This document shows, one piece after another, positions 47,735 through 59,708 of a stretch of 64,000 nucleotides of DNA (positions within the stretch are counted from its first letter, which is position 1; each line of letters starts with the position of its first letter). The stretch spans positions 62,001-126,000 of the forward strand of contig CP142728.1 of the NCBI GenBank assembly GCA_036630325.1. Reading direction: 5' to 3'. The notes beneath the pieces are model-generated. The model was not told the origin of the DNA. It did not search any database and worked only from the letters and a program-made list of their open reading frames with translations. The translations under genes and the position numbers were made by a program. This DNA comes from Vairimorpha necatrix. Its lineage: Eukaryota.

Positions 47735-49678
47735 ATGAATACTCTTATATTTTTTTTGACAACTATATTAGTGCAAACCAATAAAAAAGCTTACCATAAA
47801 ATAAGAAACAACTTAATAGAAAAAATAAAGAAGAAAGAATATCTCATTTACAATTCTAATAAAACTTACGCTAGAATTGATTTATATCTCTCTGAATTTG
47901 ATAAAGCTATAGTGTGTGAAATAGAGGGGGGTATAACCAGTAGAAGCTATCTGAAAAATGTATTTTTCAATGTAACTTATGAAAACAAAACTATAAATCA
48001 AATTGTTTCTGAAATTGAAGAGAATATTATGAACATTCCTAATATTATAAATGACGAATACTCAATACATGATGCTAATATATTAGTATATAACTCATTA
48101 GATGTAAAGCGTTATCCAATTATGAAAAAAATTATAGAAAATATGAAGCATAAAAATTGTGAAAGGCGAGAAAATAAAATAATTGATGAGATTTTTTTTG
48201 AAATTATTTGTGATAAAGATTGTCTTTTATATAAAATGATTTATAATAGAACAGGGCCAAGTTTAAGCAACAAAAAAATTTTAAGTTGCAATCCGGAAGC
48301 AGAATATTCAACAAATTATAATGAAAATACTTACTATATAAGACTTAGAATTGATGTATTAAATTATTGTTACTTTTTTGAATTGAATACTAAAGATCTT
48401 GATGTTGAAAATTTATATTCATTTGATGACATAAATATTAAATTTAAAAGTATTTTTGACAGAGAAATTCTTAGACAGCTACTTATATTATACAATAGCT
48501 GTGAAAACAATTTGCTGAATTCAGTGATAGAATCTATTCCATTGAAATGTACTCCAATTTCTGTCGTAAATATAAGTTCATATTTCAAAATACGAATAAA
48601 ATATGAAAAAATAATATTTGAAGATGAAAACATTGCCTTTTACTATTCGAAAAAAAAATTTAAACATCTCAACAATAAAACATATATAAACGAAGAATCC
48701 TACACTGAAATAAAAGAAATAATAGAAAGTATCTTAGTGATAAAAAAACTGGATCAAGGTAGAGCAGTTGATTTTTTTTATAGAATATTGAAGTTTAACA
48801 AAAAACTAGAATTTTTAATAATGAATATTCTTAATAAGCCGGGAACGGGATTATATCTAATATTTATACATCTCTTGTTTTTTTTGAAAATAATGAATGA
48901 AGATGATTTAAAAATCATAATAGAACAAAAAGATAATGAACTTAAAAAAATAATGATCGCAAAAAATTTATTGAAAAAGTTATCTGATGATATTGACAGA
49001 AGTTTTTATTTAGTTAAAGTTTGTTTATTAATTGAAACAGAAAGGTATATAAATTACAATGTTGAGTTAGAACCAATATTTAAAACTTTCAAAGTGATTG
49101 GTGAACTTATAGAATCAAAAAAAATGTTACAAAAACATATAATTATGCCCACAAAATGTTCAAATTGCGAAAAGGAAGGAAAGTGTAACTGTGCAGAGCA
49201 GCCAATAGAAATATTAAAAGACAAATTTAGATCTTTCATGTCTAATAAATACAAAATTTTTAAAAATGATGAGGAAACAATAAAATACCGTATATATATT
49301 AAGAAGGGAAGTATCAATTGGCTAAGAATCTTTGATGAAATGAAAAATATTCACATTGGTAATATTTTGAAGTATAAAAAAAAAGTTATGAAAAAAATAT
49401 ATAAATTGTCATCATTATTCACAGGGATTGATACTACTGATGTTTATAAATATGATATTAAGAAAGAAGAACTTATTCAAAATTTAGGATTCTATGAGAA
49501 TGAGGTGGAAGAAAACAATAAAAAAATAGGTATTTTATTACTTACAAATACAATAGAAGATGAAAAATTTGAAGATGAAGTGGTAGAAAATAATGAAATA
49601 TTTGAAAATGAAATGGCAGGAATAATAAAAACATTTGTAAATGAAAATACACAAGAATACGAAAATCTCATGCAATAA
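47735..49678 (+). CDS. Lineage-specific, probably secreted protein (family B)
   Basis: CCCCAAATG start at 47735 (track ORF starts 47717); signal-like MNTLIFFLTTILVQT; long uninterrupted ORF; Cys cluster CSNCEKEGKCNC. Confidence 0.85.
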   Translation: MNTLIFFLTTILVQTNKKAYHKIRNNLIEKIKKKEYLIYNSNKTYARIDLYLSEFDKAIVCEIEGGITSRSYLKNVFFNVTYENKTINQIVSEIEENIMNIPNIINDEYSIHDANILVYNSLDVKRYPIMKKIIENMKHKNCERRENKIIDEIFFEIICDKDCLLYKMIYNRTGPSLSNKKILSCNPEAEYSTNYNENTYYIRLRIDVLNYCYFFELNTKDLDVENLYSFDDINIKFKSIFDREILRQLLILYNSCENNLLNSVIESIPLKCTPISVVNISSYFKIRIKYEKIIFEDENIAFYYSKKKFKHLNNKTYINEESYTEIKEIIESILVIKKLDQGRAVDFFYRILKFNKKLEFLIMNILNKPGTGLYLIFIHLLFFLKIMNEDDLKIIIEQKDNELKKIMIAKNLLKKLSDDIDRSFYLVKVCLLIETERYINYNVELEPIFKTFKVIGELIESKKMLQKHIIMPTKCSNCEKEGKCNCAEQPIEILKDKFRSFMSNKYKIFKNDEETIKYRIYIKKGSINWLRIFDEMKNIHIGNILKYKKKVMKKIYKLSSLFTGIDTTDVYKYDIKKEELIQNLGFYENEVEENNKKIGILLLTNTIEDEKFEDEVVENNEIFENEMAGIIKTFVNENTQEYENLMQ

Positions 49679-51595
49679 AAGAAAAAAATAAATCACACAA
49701 TAAATAGAAAATATTATGCAAATTTCAAGGGTATTTTAATTATTATCTAAATTTAGATAGGATTTTGAGAAACATCACAATTTTTTTTACTATTTTTAAG
49801 ACACAGGGCTGCAAGTTACAACCAGGTAAAAAAATAAGTTTAAAATATCAGGAAAATCGCCATTAAAATTAAAGTAAACGTGATTTAGGTATTAAAAATA
49901 TAATTTTATTTGGGGAATGAGAATACATTAAAAAACTAGAAGTTTTTATTTAAACCCGGGCAAATATTAAAATAGATCATAAATTTTTTAATAACGTATA
50001 TCCCATTGTATAAAAATTTTCTTAGTTAGCAATTTATTTACTATATGTTTTCTTAATATAAAAACTCTGTTTTTCAAGTAAAGATGATTACATCTATATG
50101 GTTTCATACCTAAAATTATGAATTAAAGTTCAAGTGTGATAGTTAAAAAATACGCAATACATAATACATTACAAAATATTGTTTACTATCACTTACACAT
50201 AGTGATATCAAATCGAATATTAGGTTATTTAGTTTATGGTTGTAAAAGCATTATTCAAAGAACTTATTAAGACAATGAAAAATAGCAAACAATCTGTCAA
50301 CAAACAATATTAAAAATCGTGCATTCGATTGAGACACATATAATTATAAAATTTAAATAAAAACAACTACATACTAATTTAAACAAATGTGAAAATAATC
50401 TATAATTTTTAAAATAGAACTTAAAATTGCATTCTGCACGTCGTAGAGAAAGATAAATTATCTACGGTCGCTGATAACATAAAATATTTATTTAAATATG
50501 AATAAGCGGAATCAATATATTGAAGAATGAAGCAAAGATTATTTTAGATTATTTTAAAACAATTAAAATCAAAATAGATTATGCCTTAACCACATACTCA
50601 CACAAAATGGCTTTCAAAAAATTACCATTTGTGAAAAATAAATATATTGAAACAAATATTATATGATATACAAGTCTATATTAATTGAACATTCTCTTTA
50701 ATGGTTCTAGAGCTTTTATAATGTTAAAAAAGTTAAACATATAAAATACTAATTTAAAATTCACAAAATTCAATTTTTAGTTGTATATTAAATTATTGTT
50801 AAGTTAAATGATTTTGTAAATCATATAATAGAAAATCTGCCTTTTTACTAATTTCAATCAAATACTGAATTTTAATTACTAAACAAAAACAAATTTTACA
50901 TTCAGTTAATACTATATTCATGAGTATTAAAATTGGTCATCGGCTTCGTGGAAATTTTTATCTTGTCAGTTTTTTTTTGTATTGCACAGGAAAACATTTT
51001 CAATACTATCGAGAGGTGTATCAAATTTATATTGAAACTTGCTCTACTTCATATAAGAGCTTTGGTGTGACAGGTATAATGAGAGATTATGAAAACGATT
51101 GACTTTTGACATAACTTGTCACTAACTTATTTTAAAAAATTACTGTGAACACTGCTTTTCAGATGTCATATATCTTGAACGTGTCATGTGCAACTATATT
51201 AACAAAAACATTTCAAAGCGGACGAAAAAAGATTAAAACAAAAAAATGACTTAAAAAGAACGATAACAATAATTACTAAAAAAAAATACTATGTCGGAGG
51301 AAGATTGCTGCCTTACAATTTGTATTTATTATTGTGGATATAATTAATTATTCAATCTATTTAATTAATTTGCGAAGGTTGATTGTTTAATTAAAAAACA
51401 AACTGTCTGAGATATTTGAAGTGGTTAAGGTTTTTAAACAAAACTTTCACTAAAAATTTTGTCTTTAGTAAGGTGAAAAAAAAAATAATTTACAAAATAT
51501 ACAACTTTCAAAAATTTGAAATATGATTGTTTTATTCACTTTTTGATAAATTAAGTCTGTTTGGTATATATATATTATTTTCTAAACACAACCCC

Positions 51596-52342
51596 ATGAA
51601 GTTAATATTTAATTGGTCTTTTTTTCTTTTAAATATAATCTATTTAAATATTTTTCTATTTTTTCTAATGCACAGATTTTTACTTTTTAAATCAAAGGAT
51701 CCCGTAGATATACCCGTTTATGATAATTATGATGGAATCGATATTTTTTTAAAAGATGCTAATTCTGACAGAGATATTATATTTTGTCATGGGTCTAAAT
51801 TATCAGGAAAAGTTTATAATATTCTTTTAAACGATATGTCTAGACACACTAAATGTAATGTCATCAGTTTTAATTTAAAAGGTATGTTGAATTCCAGAGG
51901 TATATCCTCGGAAAAGGGAATAAGGAAAGAAGTTGATAGTTTTATTTCTTGTTATTTACAAAAAAGAAATAAAAAAGTAATCGTGTTTGGTCAATCTCTA
52001 GGATGTTGTTTGGCAATTCAAATTGGCCGTAAGTTAGGCATCAATAAGGTCATTTTAGAAAATCCATTTATAAATTATAAATCTTTAATTAAGTCGTTAT
52101 ATAAATATGACTTTGTTTCTTATTTTGTAGTAGATAAATGGTGCAATAATAAAATCTCCGAATTAAAGAGTGCACTTTTTCTAATTAGTGATAATGATAC
52201 TTTAATTAAAAACGAGGATGGTAAACATTTGCAAAGTTTAACAAACAATAGTAAAATCGCTTTTTTAAATGGAAGTAACCATTTCAACGCCAATAGAAAT
52301 AGACATTTTTATCAACATATCATAAATTACATTAATAATTAA
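51596..52342 (+). CDS. Alpha/beta hydrolase (Bem46/ABHD13-like) with an N-terminal membrane anchor
   Basis: CCCCATG start; FCHG oxyanion motif, GQSLG nucleophile elbow, ILENPF, candidate catalytic Asp (SDND) and His (SNH). Confidence 0.85.
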   Translation: MKLIFNWSFFLLNIIYLNIFLFFLMHRFLLFKSKDPVDIPVYDNYDGIDIFLKDANSDRDIIFCHGSKLSGKVYNILLNDMSRHTKCNVISFNLKGMLNSRGISSEKGIRKEVDSFISCYLQKRNKKVIVFGQSLGCCLAIQIGRKLGINKVILENPFINYKSLIKSLYKYDFVSYFVVDKWCNNKISELKSALFLISDNDTLIKNEDGKHLQSLTNNSKIAFLNGSNHFNANRNRHFYQHIINYINN

Positions 52343-52435
52343 ATTTTATATTTATAAAAATTTTACTATGTTTAATGTTATGACGTCAAATTTTATTAAA
52401 CAATACAATGTTAAGAAAATTAAAAATGCAAATTT

Positions 52436-52792
52436 TTAATCCGGCACAACTTTCGCTTTACAGTATAACTTATAAAGAATCAAAGGGTTAAGTTCTACTT
52501 TGACGATTCTTTTACTATGTCTTTCTTCATCCAGTACTGCTATTTTTTCACTTTGTCTCTCATTTTGAAACCAGACATTTATTGTTTTAAGTTTTAGATT
52601 TAACATTATACTTAAATCTATTTTGGTCTGAGAAGAAGGATACGCTGTTAGTTTGAACACTTCTTTTAATGTACGACATTGTATTTTTGATTTCTTATTT
52701 CTATTAATGCTTAATCCTTCTGTTCCATTTTTTAATAAACACAATCCCAAAGCTGCCTGAACTTTTTTTTCTTTCCTGATAATGTTTTTCAT
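52436..52792 (-). CDS. Homeodomain protein (microsporidian HD type)
   Basis: LKEVFKLTAYPSSQTKIDLSIMLNLKLKTINVWFQNERQ; GGGGTTATG start at 52792; paralog of 4348-4749. Confidence 0.88.
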   Translation of the reverse strand: MKNIIRKEKKVQAALGLCLLKNGTEGLSINRNKKSKIQCRTLKEVFKLTAYPSSQTKIDLSIMLNLKLKTINVWFQNERQSEKIAVLDEERHSKRIVKVELNPLILYKLYCKAKVVPD

Positions 52793-53106
52793 AACCCCAA
52801 TTGACAAAATTATGTTTTTTATAGTATCTTAAATTAATTATAAAATTTGATATCATGACGAATCATTAGATAAACAAAATATTAAAAAAATACGACGAAA
52901 ATGAAACGTGTCAAAAAAGATACAAACTAATAAGTTTTTCAAATTTTCGACTTTTATAATGAAAATTAGATAAATCATTTATTACGATATTTCTAATATT
53001 TTTATTAATTTTTGACATTAATGATTCCATGAGAATTGATATAAATGACAGTGAAAAAATAAAAGAAGTTTTATTTACAGTTTAAGATTATTTTGAAGAA
53101 TTAATT

Positions 53107-53790
53107 TTAATTTTCTATACATCTGGCAAGTATAGCATTAAAAGACTTATTTTCTGCACAAAGCCATATTCTTATCTTGAACAATTTGAACAAATCTTTT
53201 AACAAATCTCTGAAATCAATTCTTCTAGAACTCTTAAAATAAAAAGTTATTTTTTTCTTGTCCCACTGATATTCACAACTTAGAATATCCATTGTTATGT
53301 TACTTAAGAAAACAAGTTCTTTACATTTTTCTAAACTATTTATCTCATCAATTTCTCTTCTTTTTAATTCTTGTACGTCTAAATCAGTAGCGTATCTCAA
53401 TATTCTTTTACTTTCTATGTCACTAGTTGCTTCTTTGAAAGTTTCAAATATCATACTTAATTTACATTCTGATGCTATACTTAAAACTTTTCCACAGTCT
53501 TCTCCTCTGTCTGCTTCTAATATTACATATGAATCTTTTGTATAACACATATAATCAAAGCCTATGTCTAATCTGCCACTTTTATATTCTATAATGTGAT
53601 AAGTCACCTTAGTGACCAAAAAAGTTTCGGTCATAAAACTTTTCATTATATTTATTAATTTATCACTTTTTATTTCTACTTCTTTAGATTTTTCAGTAAA
53701 CTGTTCACCTATAGCTTTACATTTAATTCTTTTATCATTCCAAGTATCTTCATTTTCCATCCAAACTGTGTTGTTGGCATACAATTTCAT
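53107..53790 (-). CDS. PSP1 C-terminal domain protein (PSP1/YaaT family)
   Basis: VILEADRGEDCGKV and EYQWDKKKITFYF..RRIDFRDLLKDLFKLFKIRIW signature motifs. Confidence 0.9.
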   Translation of the reverse strand: MKLYANNTVWMENEDTWNDKRIKCKAIGEQFTEKSKEVEIKSDKLINIMKSFMTETFLVTKVTYHIIEYKSGRLDIGFDYMCYTKDSYVILEADRGEDCGKVLSIASECKLSMIFETFKEATSDIESKRILRYATDLDVQELKRREIDEINSLEKCKELVFLSNITMDILSCEYQWDKKKITFYFKSSRRIDFRDLLKDLFKLFKIRIWLCAENKSFNAILARCIEN

Positions 53791-54520
53791 ATGTGTATTC
53801 TAATATTTTTTTTTTATACGCATTTTGAATCGTGTTTTATTTCAAATCAATAGATTTGTAACCTTAAAAATATTATTGACTCAAAAAAAACAAAGAACAT
53901 CTGTTTTATACTGTACAAATTAACAAAATGTTGAATTTATAAATATTTAAGTGTTAGTTTTATATTTATAATTTTTTTACACTTTGTTTATAAATGTTTT
54001 AAATTACTTTACATATAAAAAATATTTTTTATTTTGGTTATGTCATAGTTTCGGGATCTCACTTTGAAATTTATAATAATTATATATGAATTTTACAATT
54101 TTTTATAAAATGAATCTGATGGATTGCTTTTAAAATATTTAATAGAATAAACCAAACAATAATTTTTTTTTCAATATCAAAATTTAATTACAGAATTAAT
54201 AAATAATTTGTATATATTAAATAAATGTTCCAATAAATTTATAATTGGTACATTTACAATGATTTATCAGATTTTGAGAGGTTTTACGCATTTAAGAAAA
54301 TGTTCCTATTAATGAATTTTTTATAAATATGGGAAATTAATTAATTATAAGGTAGAAATTATTTAATAAAAAATTTGTGGAATGTATTTTTATCAAAAAA
54401 TACCAAATAATTTATATCCAAAATATTAATATACCAATTAATTAAATCTACAGGTTATAATAATCATTTATATGTTATTGGCATCTTAAAGTATTTATAG
54501 TTTTTTTGTACAGGCATATT

Positions 54521-54925
54521 ATGAACTCAGATATATTGTTTCACCTACTACCCAGACTCTCCGGAAAGTCCCTTAGATTTTTATATACACAAGACTCAAA
54601 GGTATTAAATGAAACAAACCGTTTACAATTAATTCATTTCTATAAAAACAAGCTAAACATAATGAGCTGTAAGAAATTATTATCTTTCTTATATTTCTGT
54701 GAGCAAAGTGGTTGTAGAGATATAGTATATGAATGTTTAGAATGTTTACCAGAATATAAAAAAGTAAACTTATATTTTTACTGGATAAAACATAATAAAA
54801 CTACATTTAAACTTAATTATTATTTTAATGAAGATTTAATAAAGAACAAGATCAGAAAGAGCAATGTCAAATTAAATACAAATACAAGATTAGAATTTGT
54901 AATGTACAATTTAAAAATTCAATAA
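54521..54925 (+). CDS. Hypothetical protein
   Basis: 134 aa from the first ATG, in the gene-dense block; no recognised motif. Confidence 0.55.
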   Translation: MNSDILFHLLPRLSGKSLRFLYTQDSKVLNETNRLQLIHFYKNKLNIMSCKKLLSFLYFCEQSGCRDIVYECLECLPEYKKVNLYFYWIKHNKTTFKLNYYFNEDLIKNKIRKSNVKLNTNTRLEFVMYNLKIQ

Positions 54926-54942
54926 CAAGTAATTAAAAATTA

Positions 54943-55838
54943 GGAGCTTTCCCACTTTAGTCCCCCCCTTACATATATAAATACAAATTTTCAAAAAATA
55001 TCCCTGATTTTTGAAAATCGAAACGGACAGAACGGGAAGGAGAAAAATCCAAAAAAAATTAAATTTAATAAAACAACATAATAACCAAAAATAAACAGAT
55101 TATTTTTTTTATTTTTTCAATTTCCTTAATATTTCATTATAGTTCTGACTTGATCAAATCCTCTACTTATTATACATAAATTTGTATAATAAAAAGATAT
55201 ATTATTGAATATGTATAATAAATAATAACATAACTATGTTATAATGTAATAATAAAAAATCAATAAGAAAATTTTTTCTATATTAATAAATTAAATTAAT
55301 CTTATAGCAGTTTATCTTTAAAATTCATAATTTTAATCTTATAGCAGTTTATCTTTAAAATTCATAATTTTAATCTTATATAATATATATGAATGATTAA
55401 AAATACATAAATATGAAAATTTTCCTCTTCATTTGTTTATAAAAAACAATCAATTACCTAAAATACTAATATTTTATATAAATACTTAAAATAATAAGAA
55501 CCAAACCTAAAATCTGTATTAAACATCATAAATGGAAGAAAAACATAAGTTTCAACACGGAAATATGATAATAATGACAGAAGAAAATAATTTTCTTTTT
55601 ATGTAATTAGACATCTATTTAATCATAATTTTGATAAAATAATTATAATAACTGTTTTATTATTATGTTTTACATGTAATATGGTCAAAATAGAACTTAT
55701 TATAACTATTATATACTACTTTATAAATTTTATATTTTCTCCCTTCCGTTCTGTCCGCTTCGAATTTCAAAAATCAGGGATATTTTTTGAAAATTTGTAT
55801 TTATATGTGTAAGGGGGGGACTAAAGTGGTTTTTGGCC
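54943..55838. mobile_element. MITE, 896 bp, about 105-bp TIRs, perfect 8-bp TSD (Merlin-like)
   Basis: AAAAATTA at 54935-54942 and 55839-55846; GG...CC termini; arms CCACTTTAGTCCCCCCCTTACA / TGTAAGGGGGGGACTAAAGTGG. Confidence 0.92.
55296..55380. repeat. 37-bp tandem repeat (about 2.3 copies) inside the MITE
   Basis: TTAATCTTATAGCAGTTTATCTTTAAAATTCATAATT twice, plus a partial copy. Confidence 0.9.
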
Positions 55839-55910
55839 AAAAATTATTTATTTTTGAAAAAAAAATGAGATTTGTAATTTATATTGAAATGAGAATTAAT
55901 GCTTGATTTT

Positions 55911-56107
55911 TTTGTATTATCATTGTAAATAATAAATAAAATTAGATTTTGTAGTTTAAAATTTAACGTAAATAAAACGCAAAAAAAAAGAAAATTTATT
56001 TGTATTATCATTGTAAATAATAAATAAAATTAGATTTTGAAGTTTAAAATTTAACGTAAATAAGACGCAAAAATAAGAATGATTTTTTTTATTATCATTG
56101 TAAATAA
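55911..56107. repeat. About 88-bp tandem repeat (about 2.2 copies) upstream of the eIF2B gene
   Basis: TTTGTATTATCATTGTAAATAATAAATAAAATTAGATTTTG at 55911 and 55999, partial copy near 56090. Confidence 0.85.
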
Positions 56108-56277
56108 CCAAGAAAAATAAGGGAATAATTTTTAAGTTCAAATACCGTTATTTTTATATTAAAAATAAAGACTATCTTAAAAATTTATACAATTTGTTGA
56201 TTTTCACTGAATTCTCTAATTTTGAATTGACCACATTTTTTTCCGTTATTTTTTTAAAACTTTATTTTATTGCCCCA

Positions 56278-57372
56278 ATGTTTGATTCTGTTATTTTAAT
56301 TGGACCCGGTACAAATTTGTTTCCTCTTATAAACTCGTCTCTAAATATTACAAATATCCCTATAATTAACACTGAACTTCTTCTTATAAATCTTAGATTT
56401 CTTCAACCTATCAGTAGAAAAATTTATATAATAATATTACAGAAGAATATAAACCACATAACACAAATACTAAATCTAATAAAAGTTCCTGTAGAAGTTA
56501 TAGGCATAGATTATTATGATGGAACAGTTCAACAACTTCTTAATTTAGAGAAGAAATTGAAATCTGATAATATAATAGTCACGAAAGGGGATTTAGTCAC
56601 CAATATAGACGTAGTAACTTTAGGCAATGAGTTTAAAGAAAAAAAGTATTCGTTTTTGACGATTCTTTCTCCTGGGGATACTGGGGCAATTTGCGGTTAT
56701 TCAAAAGACGAATTAATTTATTATAGTCGTAACGACAAATATAAAATACCAAATGAAATATTTATAAATTATAGGGTTACGATTAGTAAAGTCCATGACA
56801 CTGCCCATTTTTTCATGTTTAAAAAAAGTCTTTTGGAATTTGCCACTCCAGAAATGTTTAGTTTTAAAACTAACTTTTTACCAATTTTGGTCGAGAAGCT
56901 TCGTCAATGTACGCCTGTTAAAATTTATGATCCTATGGATAATTATATGTTTCAAGTAAGAGATATTTCATCATATATTACTATTAGTAAGTTTCTTAAG
57001 ATTAAAACTTTTACTTCTAATGATAATTTAATATATTCTAAAGGCATGTTTGATGTCATGAAAGTTTATATTAAAAAAAATAAATTGAAAGATACTAAAA
57101 ATATTATAGGAACTGATTTATTTCTAGAAAGTGGATTTATAGTGAACAGTATAATAGGAAATAATGTCTTGATACACAGTAATACCCGGATTTTGTCATC
57201 TATCCTAATGAATAATATTATTATAGGGAATAATTGTGTTATAGAAGATTGTGTAGTAGGGAGTAATGTAAATATTCCTGACAATACCACGCTGATAAAA
57301 TGTAAAATATCGCCTTCTTTTGTTTTTACTAATAATGTGACGGCGGAAGGCAACACGTTCAGCTGTAACTGA
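56278..57372 (+). CDS. GCD1: Translation initiation factor eIF2B gamma-like subunit (NTP-transferase-like domain plus left-handed beta-helix)
   Basis: CCCCAATG start; SVILIGPGTNLFPL..PIIN N-terminus; GDLVTN; C-terminal hexapeptide repeats (SIIGNNVLI, IIIGNNCVIEDCVVG); no C-terminal W2 domain, favouring gamma over epsilon. Confidence 0.75.
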   Translation: MFDSVILIGPGTNLFPLINSSLNITNIPIINTELLLINLRFLQPISRKIYIIILQKNINHITQILNLIKVPVEVIGIDYYDGTVQQLLNLEKKLKSDNIIVTKGDLVTNIDVVTLGNEFKEKKYSFLTILSPGDTGAICGYSKDELIYYSRNDKYKIPNEIFINYRVTISKVHDTAHFFMFKKSLLEFATPEMFSFKTNFLPILVEKLRQCTPVKIYDPMDNYMFQVRDISSYITISKFLKIKTFTSNDNLIYSKGMFDVMKVYIKKNKLKDTKNIIGTDLFLESGFIVNSIIGNNVLIHSNTRILSSILMNNIIIGNNCVIEDCVVGSNVNIPDNTTLIKCKISPSFVFTNNVTAEGNTFSCN

Positions 57373-57497
57373 CAAAATTAAAATTTTTATTTTGAGCTTA
57401 GGAGAAGGTGTCATAATGCTTTGGCGTATAATTAGCAAGAGAACTTGAAAAAAGATACACGCAATAGAATAAATAACATTCAATAGTTTTGATTTAA

Positions 57498-57998
57498 TTA
57501 ATATTTATTATATAATTCATCGTTTTTTATGTGCAAAATTTCTATTGCTTCGCCAGTAGTATTTTGTTTAAATTCTCTTTTATCTAATAAAGCTTGTCCC
57601 ACTGCTAATATCCCCATATTAATTATTTTGATACAGACAATATCATTTTTTTTAAAATCTTCTATGCACTGATCAATGTATTTGAATACACCAGGCGCCA
57701 TGACATTGGCTCCTCTTTCTAAAGGACCAATAGCTCCACTGTCTAAATAGACAGTAGGCAAATTTAAAAGATTTTGTTCTAATGTTTTTATAGTAGGAAT
57801 ATATTTATTATTAAAAAAAAACATTATCGCTTTATTGCCGTCCAATATTAAATTAGATCTGTTTTTAAGTTTAGCTATTTGATATTCTTCTTGTTTTTTT
57901 AGTAATTCTGTGTTACATATTTTATTTATAGATTTCTTGTCTTTTTTACTAATTTGAGAAGTCGAGATTATTTCAATTTTACAGAATAGAGATTTCAT
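57498..57998 (-). CDS. TMA20: PUA-domain translation reinitiation factor TMA20/MCTS1
   Basis: YIPTIK, LPTVYLDSGAI..GANVMAPG, GEAIEILH..DEL motifs; CCCCGCTATG start. Confidence 0.88.
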   Translation of the reverse strand: MKSLFCKIEIISTSQISKKDKKSINKICNTELLKKQEEYQIAKLKNRSNLILDGNKAIMFFFNNKYIPTIKTLEQNLLNLPTVYLDSGAIGPLERGANVMAPGVFKYIDQCIEDFKKNDIVCIKIINMGILAVGQALLDKREFKQNTTGEAIEILHIKNDELYNKY

Positions 57999-58435
57999 AG
58001 CGGGGTAAAAAATTTTTATACGTTTGGGAAATATAATGAATTAATTATATTTTATAAAAACCATCTTATTGAGTAAATAGCAAAATTTATAACTACAATT
58101 GCTTATAATTTGCTCAAAATAGTTTCAGTTGGAGAATTGAATATAGAACTTATAAAAGCACAGATAATATCAAGTAATCCTTACTTATCTTATGAGTTAA
58201 ACAAGTTTGGATATTTTTTAAAAATTTGCCTTAAGTTTTTATAATGCCACATTTAATTAAGTAATATTAAAAATACACTCTAAACATGAATTTATTAGTC
58301 TAACAAATGTGATCTAAACGAATCAATGAAACACTGAATTTTATTGGCACATTGTCTGATTTTTAGTTTTAATTTGTTTAAAGTCTAACAAACTGATTTC
58401 AAAATATATTAACAAGTGAAAAAAAAAGTTCTTGT

Positions 58436-59674
58436 ATGAAGAATCACTATAAAGCAATTTTTTTCTTTGCTTTTCTAATTACAATGTTAATTCTGATATA
58501 CGAGGGATTGTCTTTACTAATATTTTCCACAGACCTAAAAAATGGCGAATACGGCATACCGAAAGATTCTTACACCTTTAAAGTAGCAGAAGCTACAAAA
58601 ATTTATCATACTAGTATGATGCTGGCAGTATCTTCAAGATTTAAAATTTTAAAAGAAAAAATATTGTTGACTTTAATTTACACAGCACTAGCTTGCTGCA
58701 TCCTTTTAGATTTACCAAGAAAATATATTTACAAATTTAGTAGAAATACTATAAATTGTTACACTTGCACGTATCTTAATGTTGATCATGTGCAAGTAGC
58801 CTTTACAAATATTTTTGTATTTTTATTTAGTACGCTTTATTTGTCAGAATATATAGAAACATATCTGGGAATAAGTCGTTATAACTGGATCAACACGATA
58901 TTAATATACTTCATGTTATATTTTTTAGTGTGCCCGTGTGTAGTCTTTTGTATTTTTCTATTATTTCGTATGTTTGGCGGCCAATTAATTCTCGCGTTGT
59001 ACATTTCTTTCATAGCTAAAAATCTTTATGAAATCTTTATAGAAGACGATTTATCTCCAACATTGAGACAATTATCAGCCGAAAGTTTTTCAGAGCCAGT
59101 TGAAAAATCTTTATTAGATACAAAATTAGGAGATAAAGTTTTTTTGGATGTCGACAATTCAAAAGAAACTAATGCAGCACTTGTTGGACTAGAAAATCAA
59201 GCAAGAATTGAAATATATGGAAAATTTAGAGATTTACCAGAAAAACAACAAGATTCAGTGCTTTTACATGAAATAGGACATTCAATAGATCACAGTCTCT
59301 TAAAAAAGTTAAGTGTATATTTTTTTATTTATGGTTTAGAACTTTTAACAATGCTTTTTTTATATAACAAAGGTCCAAAAATTTTTGAATCTGAAGATCT
59401 TTCCAAGACAACGTGTTTCATTTTATTGTTCATTATCTATGAGATTTCTATGAAGGAATTAATAATGGCATTTTACAAATTGTCTTCGCAGCGCGCAGAA
59501 ACTGCAGCAGATATGTGGGCCAAAAGAGCAGGATTCGGCGAAGAATTATCCAAGTCATTATTATACATTTCGATTCAAGAAGCGTCTTATATACGACCCA
59601 CATATTTATATAATGCAATATATGCTATGCACCCGTCTATCTTCTCTAGAGTAGAATTATTAAATAAAAAATAA
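58436..59674 (+). CDS. STE24: CAAX prenyl protease / peptidase M48
   Basis: Multiple TM helices, NAALVG, HEIGH zinc motif, E..AD, HP....R C-terminus. Confidence 0.88.
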   Translation: MKNHYKAIFFFAFLITMLILIYEGLSLLIFSTDLKNGEYGIPKDSYTFKVAEATKIYHTSMMLAVSSRFKILKEKILLTLIYTALACCILLDLPRKYIYKFSRNTINCYTCTYLNVDHVQVAFTNIFVFLFSTLYLSEYIETYLGISRYNWINTILIYFMLYFLVCPCVVFCIFLLFRMFGGQLILALYISFIAKNLYEIFIEDDLSPTLRQLSAESFSEPVEKSLLDTKLGDKVFLDVDNSKETNAALVGLENQARIEIYGKFRDLPEKQQDSVLLHEIGHSIDHSLLKKLSVYFFIYGLELLTMLFLYNKGPKIFESEDLSKTTCFILLFIIYEISMKELIMAFYKLSSQRAETAADMWAKRAGFGEELSKSLLYISIQEASYIRPTYLYNAIYAMHPSIFSRVELLNKK

Positions 59675-59708
59675 ATTTATTGAAAATTTTGTATGTTTTT
59701 TTTAACCC

